A stretch of DNA of 64,000 bases, taken from IMG/VR virus record IMGVR_UViG_3300025128_005882, positions 1 to 64,000 of that record. The stretch is one strand, 5' to 3'. The notes beneath the pieces are model-generated. The model was given only the letters and a program-made list of their open reading frames with translations, searched no databases and had not been told where the DNA came from. Both the position numbers and the translations under genes were made by a program. Below are positions 49,304 through 58,626 of this stretch, one piece after another. How positions within the stretch are numbered: the first letter of the stretch is position 1; each line of letters begins with the position of its first letter. The DNA comes from a virus.

Positions 49304-51534
49304 TATATCGCGCAGGCTCCACCTTCACAAGCTGTGTCTTCGTCTAGTTTACCATCACCGTCTGGGGTATTGCAATAATACAAATTCTTTACCCCATATT
49401 TATAGCTGGTGATATTGTCTTTAATTATTTGACTTAGCGGTATCGAACCATCTTCGTGATGGTCATAGTTGTAATATAGATTGGCACTAATGCTCATGTC
49501 TACAAACTTTTGCAACACCGCAACTATTTTAATTATAGCATTGTTGTCGCGCATATCAAACGCTAAGGAGTAATATTTCCTACCTTTATGATAGTTCGGC
49601 ACTAGTTGTTTTAGCACACCATTCTTGGCTTTTTTATAAGAAAGTAACTGTCTAACTGGTTCAATGCCGTTCGTGCTATTCTGTATAACTGAACTTGATT
49701 CGCACGGCATAATGGCGGATAGTGTGGAGTGTCTCAATCCAAACTCTTTTATTCTACCCCTTAGCTCTTCCCAATCCATATTGTATTCAGGTTTAACAAT
49801 TTCGTCAACTGTTTTCTTATACCAGTCAATAGGGAGTATGCCTTTAGAATATTTAGTATCTCCAAACTTTTCGCACGCACCAAGTTGCTCGGCCAACCTG
49901 CAAGAAGAATCTAGTAGATACCATTGTATCTTCTCCATCGTCTCGTGGATTAACTTTGGTGTTTGTGGGTCGTCATAAGTAAGTTTGTTCTTAGCCAAAA
50001 AACCAGCCAAGTTAGTGACACCAATACCTAGCGACCTTCTGTTCTTTGTGAAGTTTTCGCCAGCCAAAATTGGGTAATCTTGATAATCAATTACAGATTC
50101 CAATGACTCTACTGCGTTCTTGCACGCTACTTGAATATCCTTGTCTGAGTTGAGTTCCACTAAATTTAGAGCAGACAATATGCAAATTCCAATCTCTCCG
50201 TCTGGGTCGTCAACTGAATTGATAGGCACAGTAGGGTGAATTATTTCTTGGCATAGATTACTCATGTGTACAGGAATATCCCAAGAACCATTTTCATTAC
50301 AGTTATCTATGTTCATACTGTATATACGACCTGTCTCTAGTCGCTCTCTAGCAAATACTTCAGCCAGCTTTCTTGCGCTAACCTTCTTCTTCATCTTAAC
50401 TGATCTAGAATTTTCATACTTGACATACAGTTCTTCAAACTTCTTGTTGTCACCAAATGCTTCGTACAAACCCTCTGCCTCATGAGGGTTGAAAAGAGTA
50501 ATATCCTCGTTCTTGATCAACCTATCGTAGAACAGCTTGCAGAATTGGATTGAGTAGTCTAACTTCCTAACTCTATTATCATCAGTACCTGCATTATTCT
50601 TTAGTACCAATACATCTTCAATTTCATAATGCCAGAAAGGAATGTGTACCGTTGCAGAGCCTCCTCTTAGGCCATTCTGAGATGTTGCCTTAACTGCGGA
50701 TTCAAAGATTTTCAGATATGGAATTAGGCCGGTGTGTATAACTTCTCCACCCCTGATAGGTGAATTGATTGGCCTGATCCTGCCTGCGTTAAGACCTATA
50801 CCAGCTCTTCTGGCTGTGTATTTACCAACAGCGTGGAGACTAGAAAAGATTCCGTCTAAATCGTCATCTACGTCTACAAGAACGCACGAAGCAAACTGCT
50901 TAATGGTTGATCTAACACCAGCCATGATTGGAGTAGGTAGGTTGACTTTGAAAGTAGAATAAGCATCGTATGCCTCCTTTACTCTTTTACTGTCTCCTGA
51001 GAACAAACACATCGCAATACACATGTACGCTATCTGGGGGGTCTCATATATAATCCCAGTTGTTCTATTCTTAATAAGATACTTATCAATTAACTGTTGT
51101 AGGCCAGAGTATGTGAACATGTTATCTCGTTCGTGCTTGATGTACGCAGCAAGTTCGTCTACATCTTCTCTAGTCCATTGATCTAGCATTTGTTCATCAT
51201 AAATGCCGTTGTCTATCATTAGACATATGTGGTGATGTAAGTCTGGGGGAGTCGTAGCGTGTTTCCATACGTTTTTTCTTAGCGACATATTGAGCAACCT
51301 TGCGGCTACGTATTGATAGTTTGGCGTTGATTCAGAAATCAAGTCGCTCGCACTTTTAATCAGTATCTGATGTATCTCTTCTGTAGATATTTTATCACGC
51401 ATAGAAAGATTCATGTTCATTTCTATGTCGGAAGGGGACACATTGTTTATGCCCTCTGTAGCCCATTCAACAACTTGGTGTATTTTTTCAACGTCATATA
51501 ATTCCAACTCACCATTTCTCTTAGTTACTTCCAT
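49303..51534 (-). CDS. nrdA: Class Ia ribonucleotide reductase alpha with ATP cone
   Basis: VTKRNG, YETPQ, SCVL, SNLCQEI, TNGIEP, C-terminal CEGGAC. Confidence 0.95.
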   Translation of the reverse strand: MEVTKRNGELELYDVEKIHQVVEWATEGINNVSPSDIEMNMNLSMRDKISTEEIHQILIKSASDLISESTPNYQYVAARLLNMSLRKNVWKHATTPPDLHHHICLMIDNGIYDEQMLDQWTREDVDELAAYIKHERDNMFTYSGLQQLIDKYLIKNRTTGIIYETPQIAYMCIAMCLFSGDSKRVKEAYDAYSTFKVNLPTPIMAGVRSTIKQFASCVLVDVDDDLDGIFSSLHAVGKYTARRAGIGLNAGRIRPINSPIRGGEVIHTGLIPYLKIFESAVKATSQNGLRGGSATVHIPFWHYEIEDVLVLKNNAGTDDNRVRKLDYSIQFCKLFYDRLIKNEDITLFNPHEAEGLYEAFGDNKKFEELYVKYENSRSVKMKKKVSARKLAEVFARERLETGRIYSMNIDNCNENGSWDIPVHMSNLCQEIIHPTVPINSVDDPDGEIGICILSALNLVELNSDKDIQVACKNAVESLESVIDYQDYPILAGENFTKNRRSLGIGVTNLAGFLAKNKLTYDDPQTPKLIHETMEKIQWYLLDSSCRLAEQLGACEKFGDTKYSKGILPIDWYKKTVDEIVKPEYNMDWEELRGRIKEFGLRHSTLSAIMPCESSSVIQNSTNGIEPVRQLLSYKKAKNGVLKQLVPNYHKGRKYYSLAFDMRDNNAIIKIVAVLQKFVDMSISANLYYNYDHHEDGSIPLSQIIKDNITSYKYGVKNLYYCNTPDGDGKLDEDTACEGGACAI

Positions 51535-51555
51535 ATTTATGCTACCTCTAGGTGT

Positions 51556-51593
51556 AAAAAAAACTCGCCTCAAGCGACATACCTGAAGCGAGT
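51556..51593 (-). terminator. Terminator-like hairpin in the nrdA leader
   Basis: ACTCGCTTCAGG-TATGTCG-CTTGAGGCGAGT followed by a T-run. Confidence 0.65.
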
Positions 51594-51599
51594 AATTAA

Positions 51600-51628
51600 G
51601 TTATACTTTTTCAATCTTCATGTGTCAA
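51600..51628 (-). promoter_or_regulatory. Sigma70-type promoter TTGACA-N17-TATAAC
   Basis: Near-consensus hexamers with 17-nt spacer upstream of nrdA. Confidence 0.65.
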
Positions 51629-51669
51629 ACTCATTCTACTATATAAACCCTACAATGCAAACAAAAAAG

Positions 51670-51882
51670 TTAATCTTCTTTCTTGTTATTTTTTGCCCAC
51701 TGGGTAGCTGTACCCAATAGCAGAGTTGCGATAGGAACGATGAGGGCTGTTGAAGAGCCCCAGTCAACGTTTCCAACTTCTGTGCCTAAGTAAGTAAGGC
51801 CAGCAGCCAAAGAAACAAATAACGTGTTGAGGCCTAACTTTTTAAGATCCTCTCCGTTTAGTGACCATTTTTTTGAACCCAT
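51670..51882 (-). CDS. Putative holin (2 TM)
   Basis: 70 aa, two hydrophobic segments, charged C-terminal tail KNNKKED. Confidence 0.5.
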   Translation of the reverse strand: MGSKKWSLNGEDLKKLGLNTLFVSLAAGLTYLGTEVGNVDWGSSTALIVPIATLLLGTATQWAKNNKKED

Positions 51883-51896
51883 AATACAATATCCTT

Positions 51897-52469
51897 TCAA
51901 GCATCTGTTATGCTTATTAAAAAACCGCCTTGTTCATTATCATTTAACCTGTAAGGATAACCAGTCATCCTCATTTCCATTCCATTGGAGGTTAGTACTT
52001 CTTTAGAAAACTTTCTATTCATTTTTAGACAAGACTCAAATTCTTGTAAGAACTCTTCTCTTTCGTCTTCATGAACATATGTTATCCAGTCATACCCTTT
52101 TATATCTGTTAGGGTTTGACCAGTTAGTTGGTAGAATGGCTCATTAGTCCAGACGAGTCTACCTTTTCTGTCTGTTTCAAATAAGGCTGTATTACTATAA
52201 TGCAGAGATGCTTTGCTTCTTTGCTCTATAATTTTTTGCCTGTTCTCTATTCTTCCACATGTAGTGTTCAGTTTTATCACTGCGTCTTTTAAACTAGAAC
52301 CACCATTGCAAGTAATTTCCTGTTCTATGTTTTCTATAGACTGCACAACATCGTCGTGTTTATCTATAAACTTCATAGCTGGTCTAAGCACTTTTAGCCA
52401 CACAGCGCCAAGAAACCCAAGTAGGGTAGTTAGCATTGTTAGGACTACTGTGAAATCTTCTATAGCCAC
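51897..52469 (-). CDS. Membrane-anchored PAS-domain protein
   Basis: N-terminal TM, NGGSSLKDAV linker, then FETDRKG...WTN..F..LTG...W...VHEDERE PAS signature. Confidence 0.8.
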   Translation of the reverse strand: MAIEDFTVVLTMLTTLLGFLGAVWLKVLRPAMKFIDKHDDVVQSIENIEQEITCNGGSSLKDAVIKLNTTCGRIENRQKIIEQRSKASLHYSNTALFETDRKGRLVWTNEPFYQLTGQTLTDIKGYDWITYVHEDEREEFLQEFESCLKMNRKFSKEVLTSNGMEMRMTGYPYRLNDNEQGGFLISITDA

Positions 52470-52490
52470 TGCTGCGCCTCCAATAAGGTG

Positions 52491-52525
52491 AGACTACGTG
52501 ACCGCCCGAAGGCGGCCAAGAGTCT
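52491..52525 (-). other. Extra-stable cUUCGg hairpin
   Basis: AGACT..TGGCCGCC-TTCG-GGCGGTCA..AGTCT. Confidence 0.75.
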
Positions 52526-52540
52526 TGAAAAGCATTAAGT

Positions 52541-53212
52541 CTAAGTTTCCTTAGCGTCTCTAGCTTTGTAGTCATCCTGTTTAGGAGTAACTCCACCCTG
52601 CATGTAGGCCAATTCACCCGGAACAGCTCTAGTAGGTTTGATGTTGTCAGCGTTAGACGGTTCGTCTCCGGTAACACCACTAGGGGTGATAAAGGTAATT
52701 GGGTTTCCAGCTCCGCTTCCTTTAGTTCTGTAAGGAGCGATACCACTACTGGTTGGCTCCAACACGTCGATTGCCGCGCCTGAACCGTACATCTTGGTAG
52801 TGTTCACGGTTTGAGCGCCGGACTTGCCAAGATTGATACCACCATACTTAGAACCGCCAGATCTAATGGTGTCATTTGAAACGCTACCAATTTTTGTGGA
52901 AACGCCTCTAATGATGAACTGCTGGTCGTCAGCGGCTCTAGTCTTAGGATCTGGTGTAAATGCGAAAGCTCCCGCTGAATTAGCGGCTTGAATACCAACG
53001 TGATCGTGGAATGGGTTTGTACCCCTATCAGTTGTTTGAACCTCTGAGCCGTATTCAGAACCAGTACCTGTTTCATCTAAACCGCCAAAAAGTCCGTTAA
53101 CGCCACTTGACATTGGACTGTCAGTACCGATGTTAGCGCCTTTAACACCAATTACGATACCACCATCATTGTTAATCGACCCTCCAGCCGATTGTGCTCT
53201 TTGAGTAGCCAT
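52541..53212 (-). CDS. Gly/Ser/Thr-rich protein, probable virion component
   Basis: Composition, strong GGAGG RBS, and the same promoter motif as the 3353 gene. Confidence 0.5.
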   Translation of the reverse strand: MATQRAQSAGGSINNDGGIVIGVKGANIGTDSPMSSGVNGLFGGLDETGTGSEYGSEVQTTDRGTNPFHDHVGIQAANSAGAFAFTPDPKTRAADDQQFIIRGVSTKIGSVSNDTIRSGGSKYGGINLGKSGAQTVNTTKMYGSGAAIDVLEPTSSGIAPYRTKGSGAGNPITFITPSGVTGDEPSNADNIKPTRAVPGELAYMQGGVTPKQDDYKARDAKET

Positions 53213-53279
53213 GCTGCTTCTCCCTCCAAAAGAGTTATTAAAAAGTTATTTTCCAAAAAATCCGAAGCAGTAAATCCTA

Positions 53280-53302
53280 TCGTCCTGTTTATTATTATAC
53301 AC
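53280..53302 (-). promoter_or_regulatory. Putative phage promoter GTGTATAATAATAAACAGGACGA
   Basis: Matches 3309-3331. Confidence 0.55.
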
Positions 53303-53770
53303 CTATTTGAGTCTGCTTGCCAATACTTTTGAAGAATTTTCTATCTTTCTTCGTATTGTTTCTCTATTTATGCTATGCATATCAGAAATCTCTTTTATTG
53401 TATAGTTTTTAGCTCTATCAAGCATTATTTCAGCGTCTGGCAATGCTTCAATTTCGTCAATCATATCTACCTCACCAACGTGGTAATTACCACTGGAAAA
53501 TATATACTCTAACTCTTTGCCTCCTCGTCCATAATCTTTTTTCTTAAACTTGACTTCTCTTATACACTCAAACCTAACTCCGTTATAAAGGTACGTTGTG
53601 AACTTGGAGTTCTTACCTTCGTCCCAGTTTTTTAGGCTCTTCCATAGCGCATTAATCTTACAGGTATAAAGCTCGTCTTCAGATAACTGTTTGTTAAAAC
53701 TACTAGCGGCCTTGTTCATGATGCCGCCTAATTCTTTGTCTTTCAATGCAATTTCAATATCTCTATTCAT
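53303..53770 (-). CDS. Phage sigma-70-like factor
   Basis: Region 2-like ALWKSLKNWD..KNSKFTTYLY; region 4 HTH YTIKEISDMHSINRETIRR. Confidence 0.75.
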   Translation of the reverse strand: MNRDIEIALKDKELGGIMNKAASSFNKQLSEDELYTCKINALWKSLKNWDEGKNSKFTTYLYNGVRFECIREVKFKKKDYGRGGKELEYIFSSGNYHVGEVDMIDEIEALPDAEIMLDRAKNYTIKEISDMHSINRETIRRKIENSSKVLASRLK

Positions 53771-53779
53771 TTTTCTTCC

Positions 53780-54196
53780 TTATAATAATTTTTCTTCAAT
53801 ATTAGTTCTTACGTCTTTAAAATCAAACATTTTACCAACACCAATGAAGAACCTATATCTACTATTTATTTTTAGTATTTCTACGCCGTCAGCGGTGTCA
53901 AGTGTATCTCTTATGTTGTTTGTGATGTCAAAATTTGTATGCCCCACCCAACAGTCGAACTGAGCTAACATATTTACCTGTGATATAAAATCATCAGTAA
54001 GCGCCACGCTTTGTTGGGCTTGAGTATCATAGGATAATTCTTTTTGCAGGCTTTCTAACTCTTCGTACGTAAACTCCTCTGTGTTCAGCATCTCTACTGG
54101 AGGGCTTGTTATAGTCAAAAGTTCTTGCAAAATAGGGGAGGATAACTGGTCTTCAATAACATTCTCATATTTCTGCCAACCTATTTTTCTCTTCAT
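53780..54196 (-). CDS. Hypothetical protein
   Basis: Intact ORF with RBS; WVGHTNFDIT...RYRFFIG. Confidence 0.6.
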   Translation of the reverse strand: MKRKIGWQKYENVIEDQLSSPILQELLTITSPPVEMLNTEEFTYEELESLQKELSYDTQAQQSVALTDDFISQVNMLAQFDCWVGHTNFDITNNIRDTLDTADGVEILKINSRYRFFIGVGKMFDFKDVRTNIEEKLL

Positions 54197-54207
54197 TGTT
54201 ACACTCC

Positions 54208-54597
54208 TTAGTCGAAAATGTCAGACGGACTTATGCAAGGCTTGTCGTCTGAGGATGTGTTTAGTACGCTGCCCAGCCTTGCGGCGACGGCTATATACAA
54301 TTCTGCTTTTCCTTGTTCTATAAATCCATCCTTTATCATTTCCAGTGTTTCTGCAAAGTAGTCGTTAGAATATATACCCTTTAAAAGCTCAGATAGAAAG
54401 AGCGTACTTTCAACGTCTGACTCAGCTATCTGTATATCTACAAATGGAACGCCTTCATTAGTTATGTAGTAAGTAATGGCGGCGCATATATCTTTAACAT
54501 CTAATTCTACTTTATCATCGCCTTCTTCTTCTTTTTCCTCTTTAGTATCTATCTCTAACTCTAGTTGCTCTTTGTGCTTCTTAAAAAAATTAAACAT
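54208..54597 (-). CDS. Acidic hypothetical protein
   Basis: Intact overlapping ORF. Confidence 0.55.
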   Translation of the reverse strand: MFNFFKKHKEQLELEIDTKEEKEEEGDDKVELDVKDICAAITYYITNEGVPFVDIQIAESDVESTLFLSELLKGIYSNDYFAETLEMIKDGFIEQGKAELYIAVAARLGSVLNTSSDDKPCISPSDIFD

Positions 54598-55660
54598 TTT
54601 GTATCGCTTTCCGTATTAGCTTTGCGCTATTTTCCCAACTAAATCTTTTAGCTGTATCAACACCTTGAGGATTTGTTGATATGTTATTTTCGTGTACAAA
54701 CTTCATGCGATTAGCTAGCCTTGAGACTTCTTTATCGCCAAGTTTTGCCCACTCGCCAGTGTTTCCATCAAACCATTTACCATCATATGCTGGCTCTACT
54801 TCTTCTATCGGGATAAGAAAGGCGTTCTCTTCAGTGCAAAATTCTGTATGGGCTGAAAAAAATGTAGTTATTACGGGCTTGTTACAAGCCATCATTTCTA
54901 GTAGCTCTAAGTTCCACCCTTCAGCCCTAGCTGGAAATACACCACATGTGGTTTGTGCCATTATATTATACACCTCTTGCTGTGTTTCAACTCTATTCAT
55001 AATCTTTATTTTGCTACCAAGAGGACATGATTTATACATATCAATCCACCTCTTTTCCTCAGACTCTGTATTAAAAGGGTTTTGGCACATCATCCATAAT
55101 TCTACGTTATCCTGTTGAGAAAAAGCCTCACAGAAAGCTCTAGGCATTATGTCGTGGCCTTTTCTAACCTCCCACTTACCGCAGTTAAAGAATATTGTAG
55201 CATCTTTTTTTTGTATGTCAATGTCTTTATTTGAAAATACAGAAGAATCTACACCTAAAGGTATAACATGCACGTTTTGAGGTGATATGTTAATTCTACT
55301 GATTATGACCTGTCTTGCCCATTCAGAGCAAACAAATATTTTATCCAAGCTATTCAGGTGGTGTAGCTCAATTTCGTTAAAGTTGTTTAGCTCAAAGATT
55401 GGAAATCCTATTTTTATATTGTTACCAACAAATTGAGCCATGTCGTTCTGATGCCATATTCTTATGCAAGGCGCATCAAAGTCAGGTCGTTTAGAGTTTC
55501 TAATCATTTCGGCAACCCTGCTATGATCTTCCTGAGAAGTTACAGATGGTTGACCAATAGGCCATAAAGATACTGGCTCAATGTCATCAAGTTCTTTACA
55601 TATATTAAGTCCAGCTACACCGTAGCCTAGCTGATTAATTGGTGATATAATATTTAACAT
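54590..55660 (-). CDS. Glycosyltransferase family 4
   Basis: GKWEVRKG, AEGWNLELLEMMAC. Confidence 0.88.
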   Translation of the reverse strand: MLNIISPINQLGYGVAGLNICKELDDIEPVSLWPIGQPSVTSQEDHSRVAEMIRNSKRPDFDAPCIRIWHQNDMAQFVGNNIKIGFPIFELNNFNEIELHHLNSLDKIFVCSEWARQVIISRINISPQNVHVIPLGVDSSVFSNKDIDIQKKDATIFFNCGKWEVRKGHDIMPRAFCEAFSQQDNVELWMMCQNPFNTESEEKRWIDMYKSCPLGSKIKIMNRVETQQEVYNIMAQTTCGVFPARAEGWNLELLEMMACNKPVITTFFSAHTEFCTEENAFLIPIEEVEPAYDGKWFDGNTGEWAKLGDKEVSRLANRMKFVHENNISTNPQGVDTAKRFSWENSAKLIRKAIQNV

Positions 55661-56628
55661 TAGTATTTTCCTGAGTATATAGTTGGTGTGTATAAAGCTA
55701 TCATGCTTGGGTTCATAAATATTCTACTACCTCTCTTCTTCATCTCATTGTGGAAATAAGCCCACTCGTTGACAACAGAGCCAGAGTCAGTCATAATAGC
55801 ATCAAACTTGCAATCTATAGCCTCGTCATATTTATATATTCCTAACCCATTAAAGTTTGAGTTAACCTCTACAGGGCTTTCACCTCTGTTAAAACTAAAC
55901 TCATTTACCTCAGCGGAAACTGGTACATCTTTCATCTTTGAGTCGATGTCTCTCCAAGCCCAAGTGTCATAGAAGAGTGGTTTGTATTCAGAAAAGGTTG
56001 TGCCATCAGTGCCGACATAAGTTGCATCGACATACTCTAAACCATTAGCTGTCATCGCAGACCAGTTATCGTATGAAAAGCTATGACATATACCATCATA
56101 AGACCATCCTCCTTCTAAGTCTAAATCTACAATAAGTATATAGTCTGCTGGAAAAAATTTATTGAGCAACCTTATGCCTTCAAAAGATATATTCCTAAGA
56201 CCAGCCAAGTATCTTGGTCTATCCAGCTCTCTCGTTTTGTCGAACATAGGAACACCTGTTGTCTCTTGAGCTAGAGTTGTCTTGGTGTCAGTTTCAAAAT
56301 ACTTTCTGAGAGCCTGAGTCGTACCATCATCTGAGTCATTCTCATAGATCAGCATCCTGTAATCGTTGAATAGCTCACCAGTCTTTCTAAGTCTAGCAAC
56401 TGTATGTCTCAGCACAGGCATTATGTTTCTACACAGGCCAGTAATTATAACATTCTTAGAAGAGGCTACGCAAGCACCTTGAGACACTCTTCGTAAGTAT
56501 TCTTTGTTGTCTTCTGCTGCGAACAGATCTTCTGGGAACCTGCTTGTTATGTTATCCGCATATTGGCAACTGCTTGTCAAATCCGTCATCCATTCTTCTC
56601 CAATGTTTTCCAACTCTTTGATAATCAC
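55660..56628 (-). CDS. CAP59/GT69-like (cryptococcal mannosyltransferase-like) glycosyltransferase
   Basis: YENDSDDGT, YLAGLRN, DLD, FYDTWAWR, VNSNFNGLGIY. Confidence 0.65.
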   Translation of the reverse strand: MIIKELENIGEEWMTDLTSSCQYADNITSRFPEDLFAAEDNKEYLRRVSQGACVASSKNVIITGLCRNIMPVLRHTVARLRKTGELFNDYRMLIYENDSDDGTTQALRKYFETDTKTTLAQETTGVPMFDKTRELDRPRYLAGLRNISFEGIRLLNKFFPADYILIVDLDLEGGWSYDGICHSFSYDNWSAMTANGLEYVDATYVGTDGTTFSEYKPLFYDTWAWRDIDSKMKDVPVSAEVNEFSFNRGESPVEVNSNFNGLGIYKYDEAIDCKFDAIMTDSGSVVNEWAYFHNEMKKRGSRIFMNPSMIALYTPTIYSGKY

Positions 56629-57865
56629 ACGCCGAACACCTGAATTTTTCCCAACAAATCACAGGCTCGTTCAATCTTTCAAAAGTCCCATCTAGTATGT
56701 TTCCTAGCGGCTTGTAATGAGGCAGGGAATAGTTTCCAAATAGTTTTGATCTATCAACAGCACTCATACAGGTATAAGCATCACCAAGTGCGTCTACGTT
56801 TACTCTTAGTGATCCCGCCGGACAGAACACGGGGAGCCTCGACTCGTCCGACGTTGTGGGCAACGCTTCTCCTGACTGAACAGCTTTACTACTAAGAGAA
56901 GGAAAGTCTAGATTGCTTATGTTTTCAATTCTAATGATGTTGTCATATAGTGCCCTATCCGTACCGTCTTGGTTAGGATCTTCGTCGTCAAATACAGAAG
57001 TGTATTGATCTATAGCAAGTCTTATGTTGTAGCGTTCGCAAAAGTCCTTCAAGGTTTGCTCTGAAATTATTGCGGTATTCATAGGATGATTAACCATTTC
57101 AAGCTGAAACCTTTCGGAACCATAATGCTCTGTATATCTAAGAACCTTGTCGAAGAAAGCGTCTACATCTTTTATCTGCGTTGGGTGAACACTTGCGCAC
57201 ACGTTTCCCATTCTGTCGATAGGCACTTCCTCAAACCACTTTTCTAACCTAAACGATCCTGCAAAGTTTGTCGTCATGGAAAGGTTTATGCCTTCGTTTA
57301 TCATAGATATTAGTTTTGTTATATCTTTGTATAGAGTTGGCTCTCCTCCTGTAAAATACAACTCTATGGGATTAATATTATTAAAAGCCGAAGCCCAAGC
57401 TTCTACTTTTTCAGTATTGTGGCGCTCAGACCTGTAGACCTCTTCAGTCACTTCTTGCCAACAGTAATTGCATTTATAGTTACACTTCCAAGTTACAAAC
57501 CACTGAAGATATGGGCGAAGACCCTTAGAGCTTTCAATAACTTCCAGTTTATTTTTATCAAATGATTCTTTGTCTACACAATCCCACTCAGAAAGATTTA
57601 AGAAATCTAGTCTATCTTTTCTGTTGTGTATGGACATTATGTTAACTTCTACTTTGTGATCGTGAAGAAACTCAAGCTCCACAGACCCTATGCTATCTGT
57701 CTCATAACATATTAGTCGATTGCCTCCGTCAGATATTTTATAGTCGGATGTTTTACCAGACCCTAGCTCTACCACTCTAACGCTTGAAGCTCTAGCTCCA
57801 CGTAGCTGATACACTATATCAATATACCTAGACTTAAGATTGTTTATTGTAAATTTTGTTTTCAT
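56552..57865 (-). CDS. Radical SAM enzyme with C-terminal auxiliary Cys cluster
   Basis: CNYKCNYC, TGGEPT, CPAG...GDAYTC...C...CSAC. Confidence 0.85.
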   Translation of the reverse strand: MKTKFTINNLKSRYIDIVYQLRGARASSVRVVELGSGKTSDYKISDGGNRLICYETDSIGSVELEFLHDHKVEVNIMSIHNRKDRLDFLNLSEWDCVDKESFDKNKLEVIESSKGLRPYLQWFVTWKCNYKCNYCWQEVTEEVYRSERHNTEKVEAWASAFNNINPIELYFTGGEPTLYKDITKLISMINEGINLSMTTNFAGSFRLEKWFEEVPIDRMGNVCASVHPTQIKDVDAFFDKVLRYTEHYGSERFQLEMVNHPMNTAIISEQTLKDFCERYNIRLAIDQYTSVFDDEDPNQDGTDRALYDNIIRIENISNLDFPSLSSKAVQSGEALPTTSDESRLPVFCPAGSLRVNVDALGDAYTCMSAVDRSKLFGNYSLPHYKPLGNILDGTFERLNEPVICWEKFRCSACDYQRVGKHWRRMDDGFDKQLPICG

Positions 57866-58626
57866 AATTGAGTTACCAATCCAGATTTCAAAATCATAGA
57901 CAACCACTTTTTTTCCTTACCTGAGTCATGCCCAACTGTGGTAAAACCTTGAGAATTGCCATTCTTACTATAATAATGTTGTGTTTCTAGTCCATCAAAG
58001 CCAGTAATGAAAATTTTGTACCCTCTTAGCATGTGATCCTTTTTGCATGAGCAACTGTTGCACGGTTTATCGTAAGACGTAATACCTGTCGATGCCCGCA
58101 CTGCGTGAGCTATTGCTTTCAATCCTGCTGTTGCTGATTTATGGTCTTTTGTTTTTGTTTTGTCCCAGTACAAAAACCGACTTCCGTCTGGGTTATCGAA
58201 AAACCCACTGCGGTCGGTAAAAGAGGGATAACATTTCAAAAATTCAAAATTCTTAATGTTAGATTCCTCAGCTATTCTTTCGACAGTTACAGGGCCAGTC
58301 TTCCAATTCTGGTGCTCCATCCTACCTTCCATCCAAGCCTTGGAGTTACAACCCCATACCGTTTCAACCGTCTTGACGTAATCGTCATAAGCAAAGCCAT
58401 TGTCTGCCCACCAATCGCAATTAGGATCGTTTCCTTTTTGTATCATATGTAGCAACTTAGGAAATGCTGAGTGGCACATTATATCTACTTTGGTTCCTAC
58501 ATGCTTTTCATACCCTGAGATACGAAAATCATTAAACCTTATAACAATGTCAAAATCGTCAATCGCATGACCATTTTCACTATTGAGTAAACAACCTCCA
58601 TTTCCTACTATAATCGCTCGTTTCAT
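57862..58626 (-). CDS. GT29 sialyltransferase-like protein
   Basis: Sialylmotif L (IVGNGGCLLNSENGHAIDDFDIVIRFN), S (TAGL...GF), III (HYY), VS (HD...E). Confidence 0.8.
   Translation of the reverse strand: MKRAIIVGNGGCLLNSENGHAIDDFDIVIRFNDFRISGYEKHVGTKVDIMCHSAFPKLLHMIQKGNDPNCDWWADNGFAYDDYVKTVETVWGCNSKAWMEGRMEHQNWKTGPVTVERIAEESNIKNFEFLKCYPSFTDRSGFFDNPDGSRFLYWDKTKTKDHKSATAGLKAIAHAVRASTGITSYDKPCNSCSCKKDHMLRGYKIFITGFDGLETQHYYSKNGNSQGFTTVGHDSGKEKKWLSMILKSGLVTQL

Noticed and set aside
51630-51655. NrdR box upstream of nrdA
   Set aside because: Only a partial match (TATATAGT) and no tandem second box.
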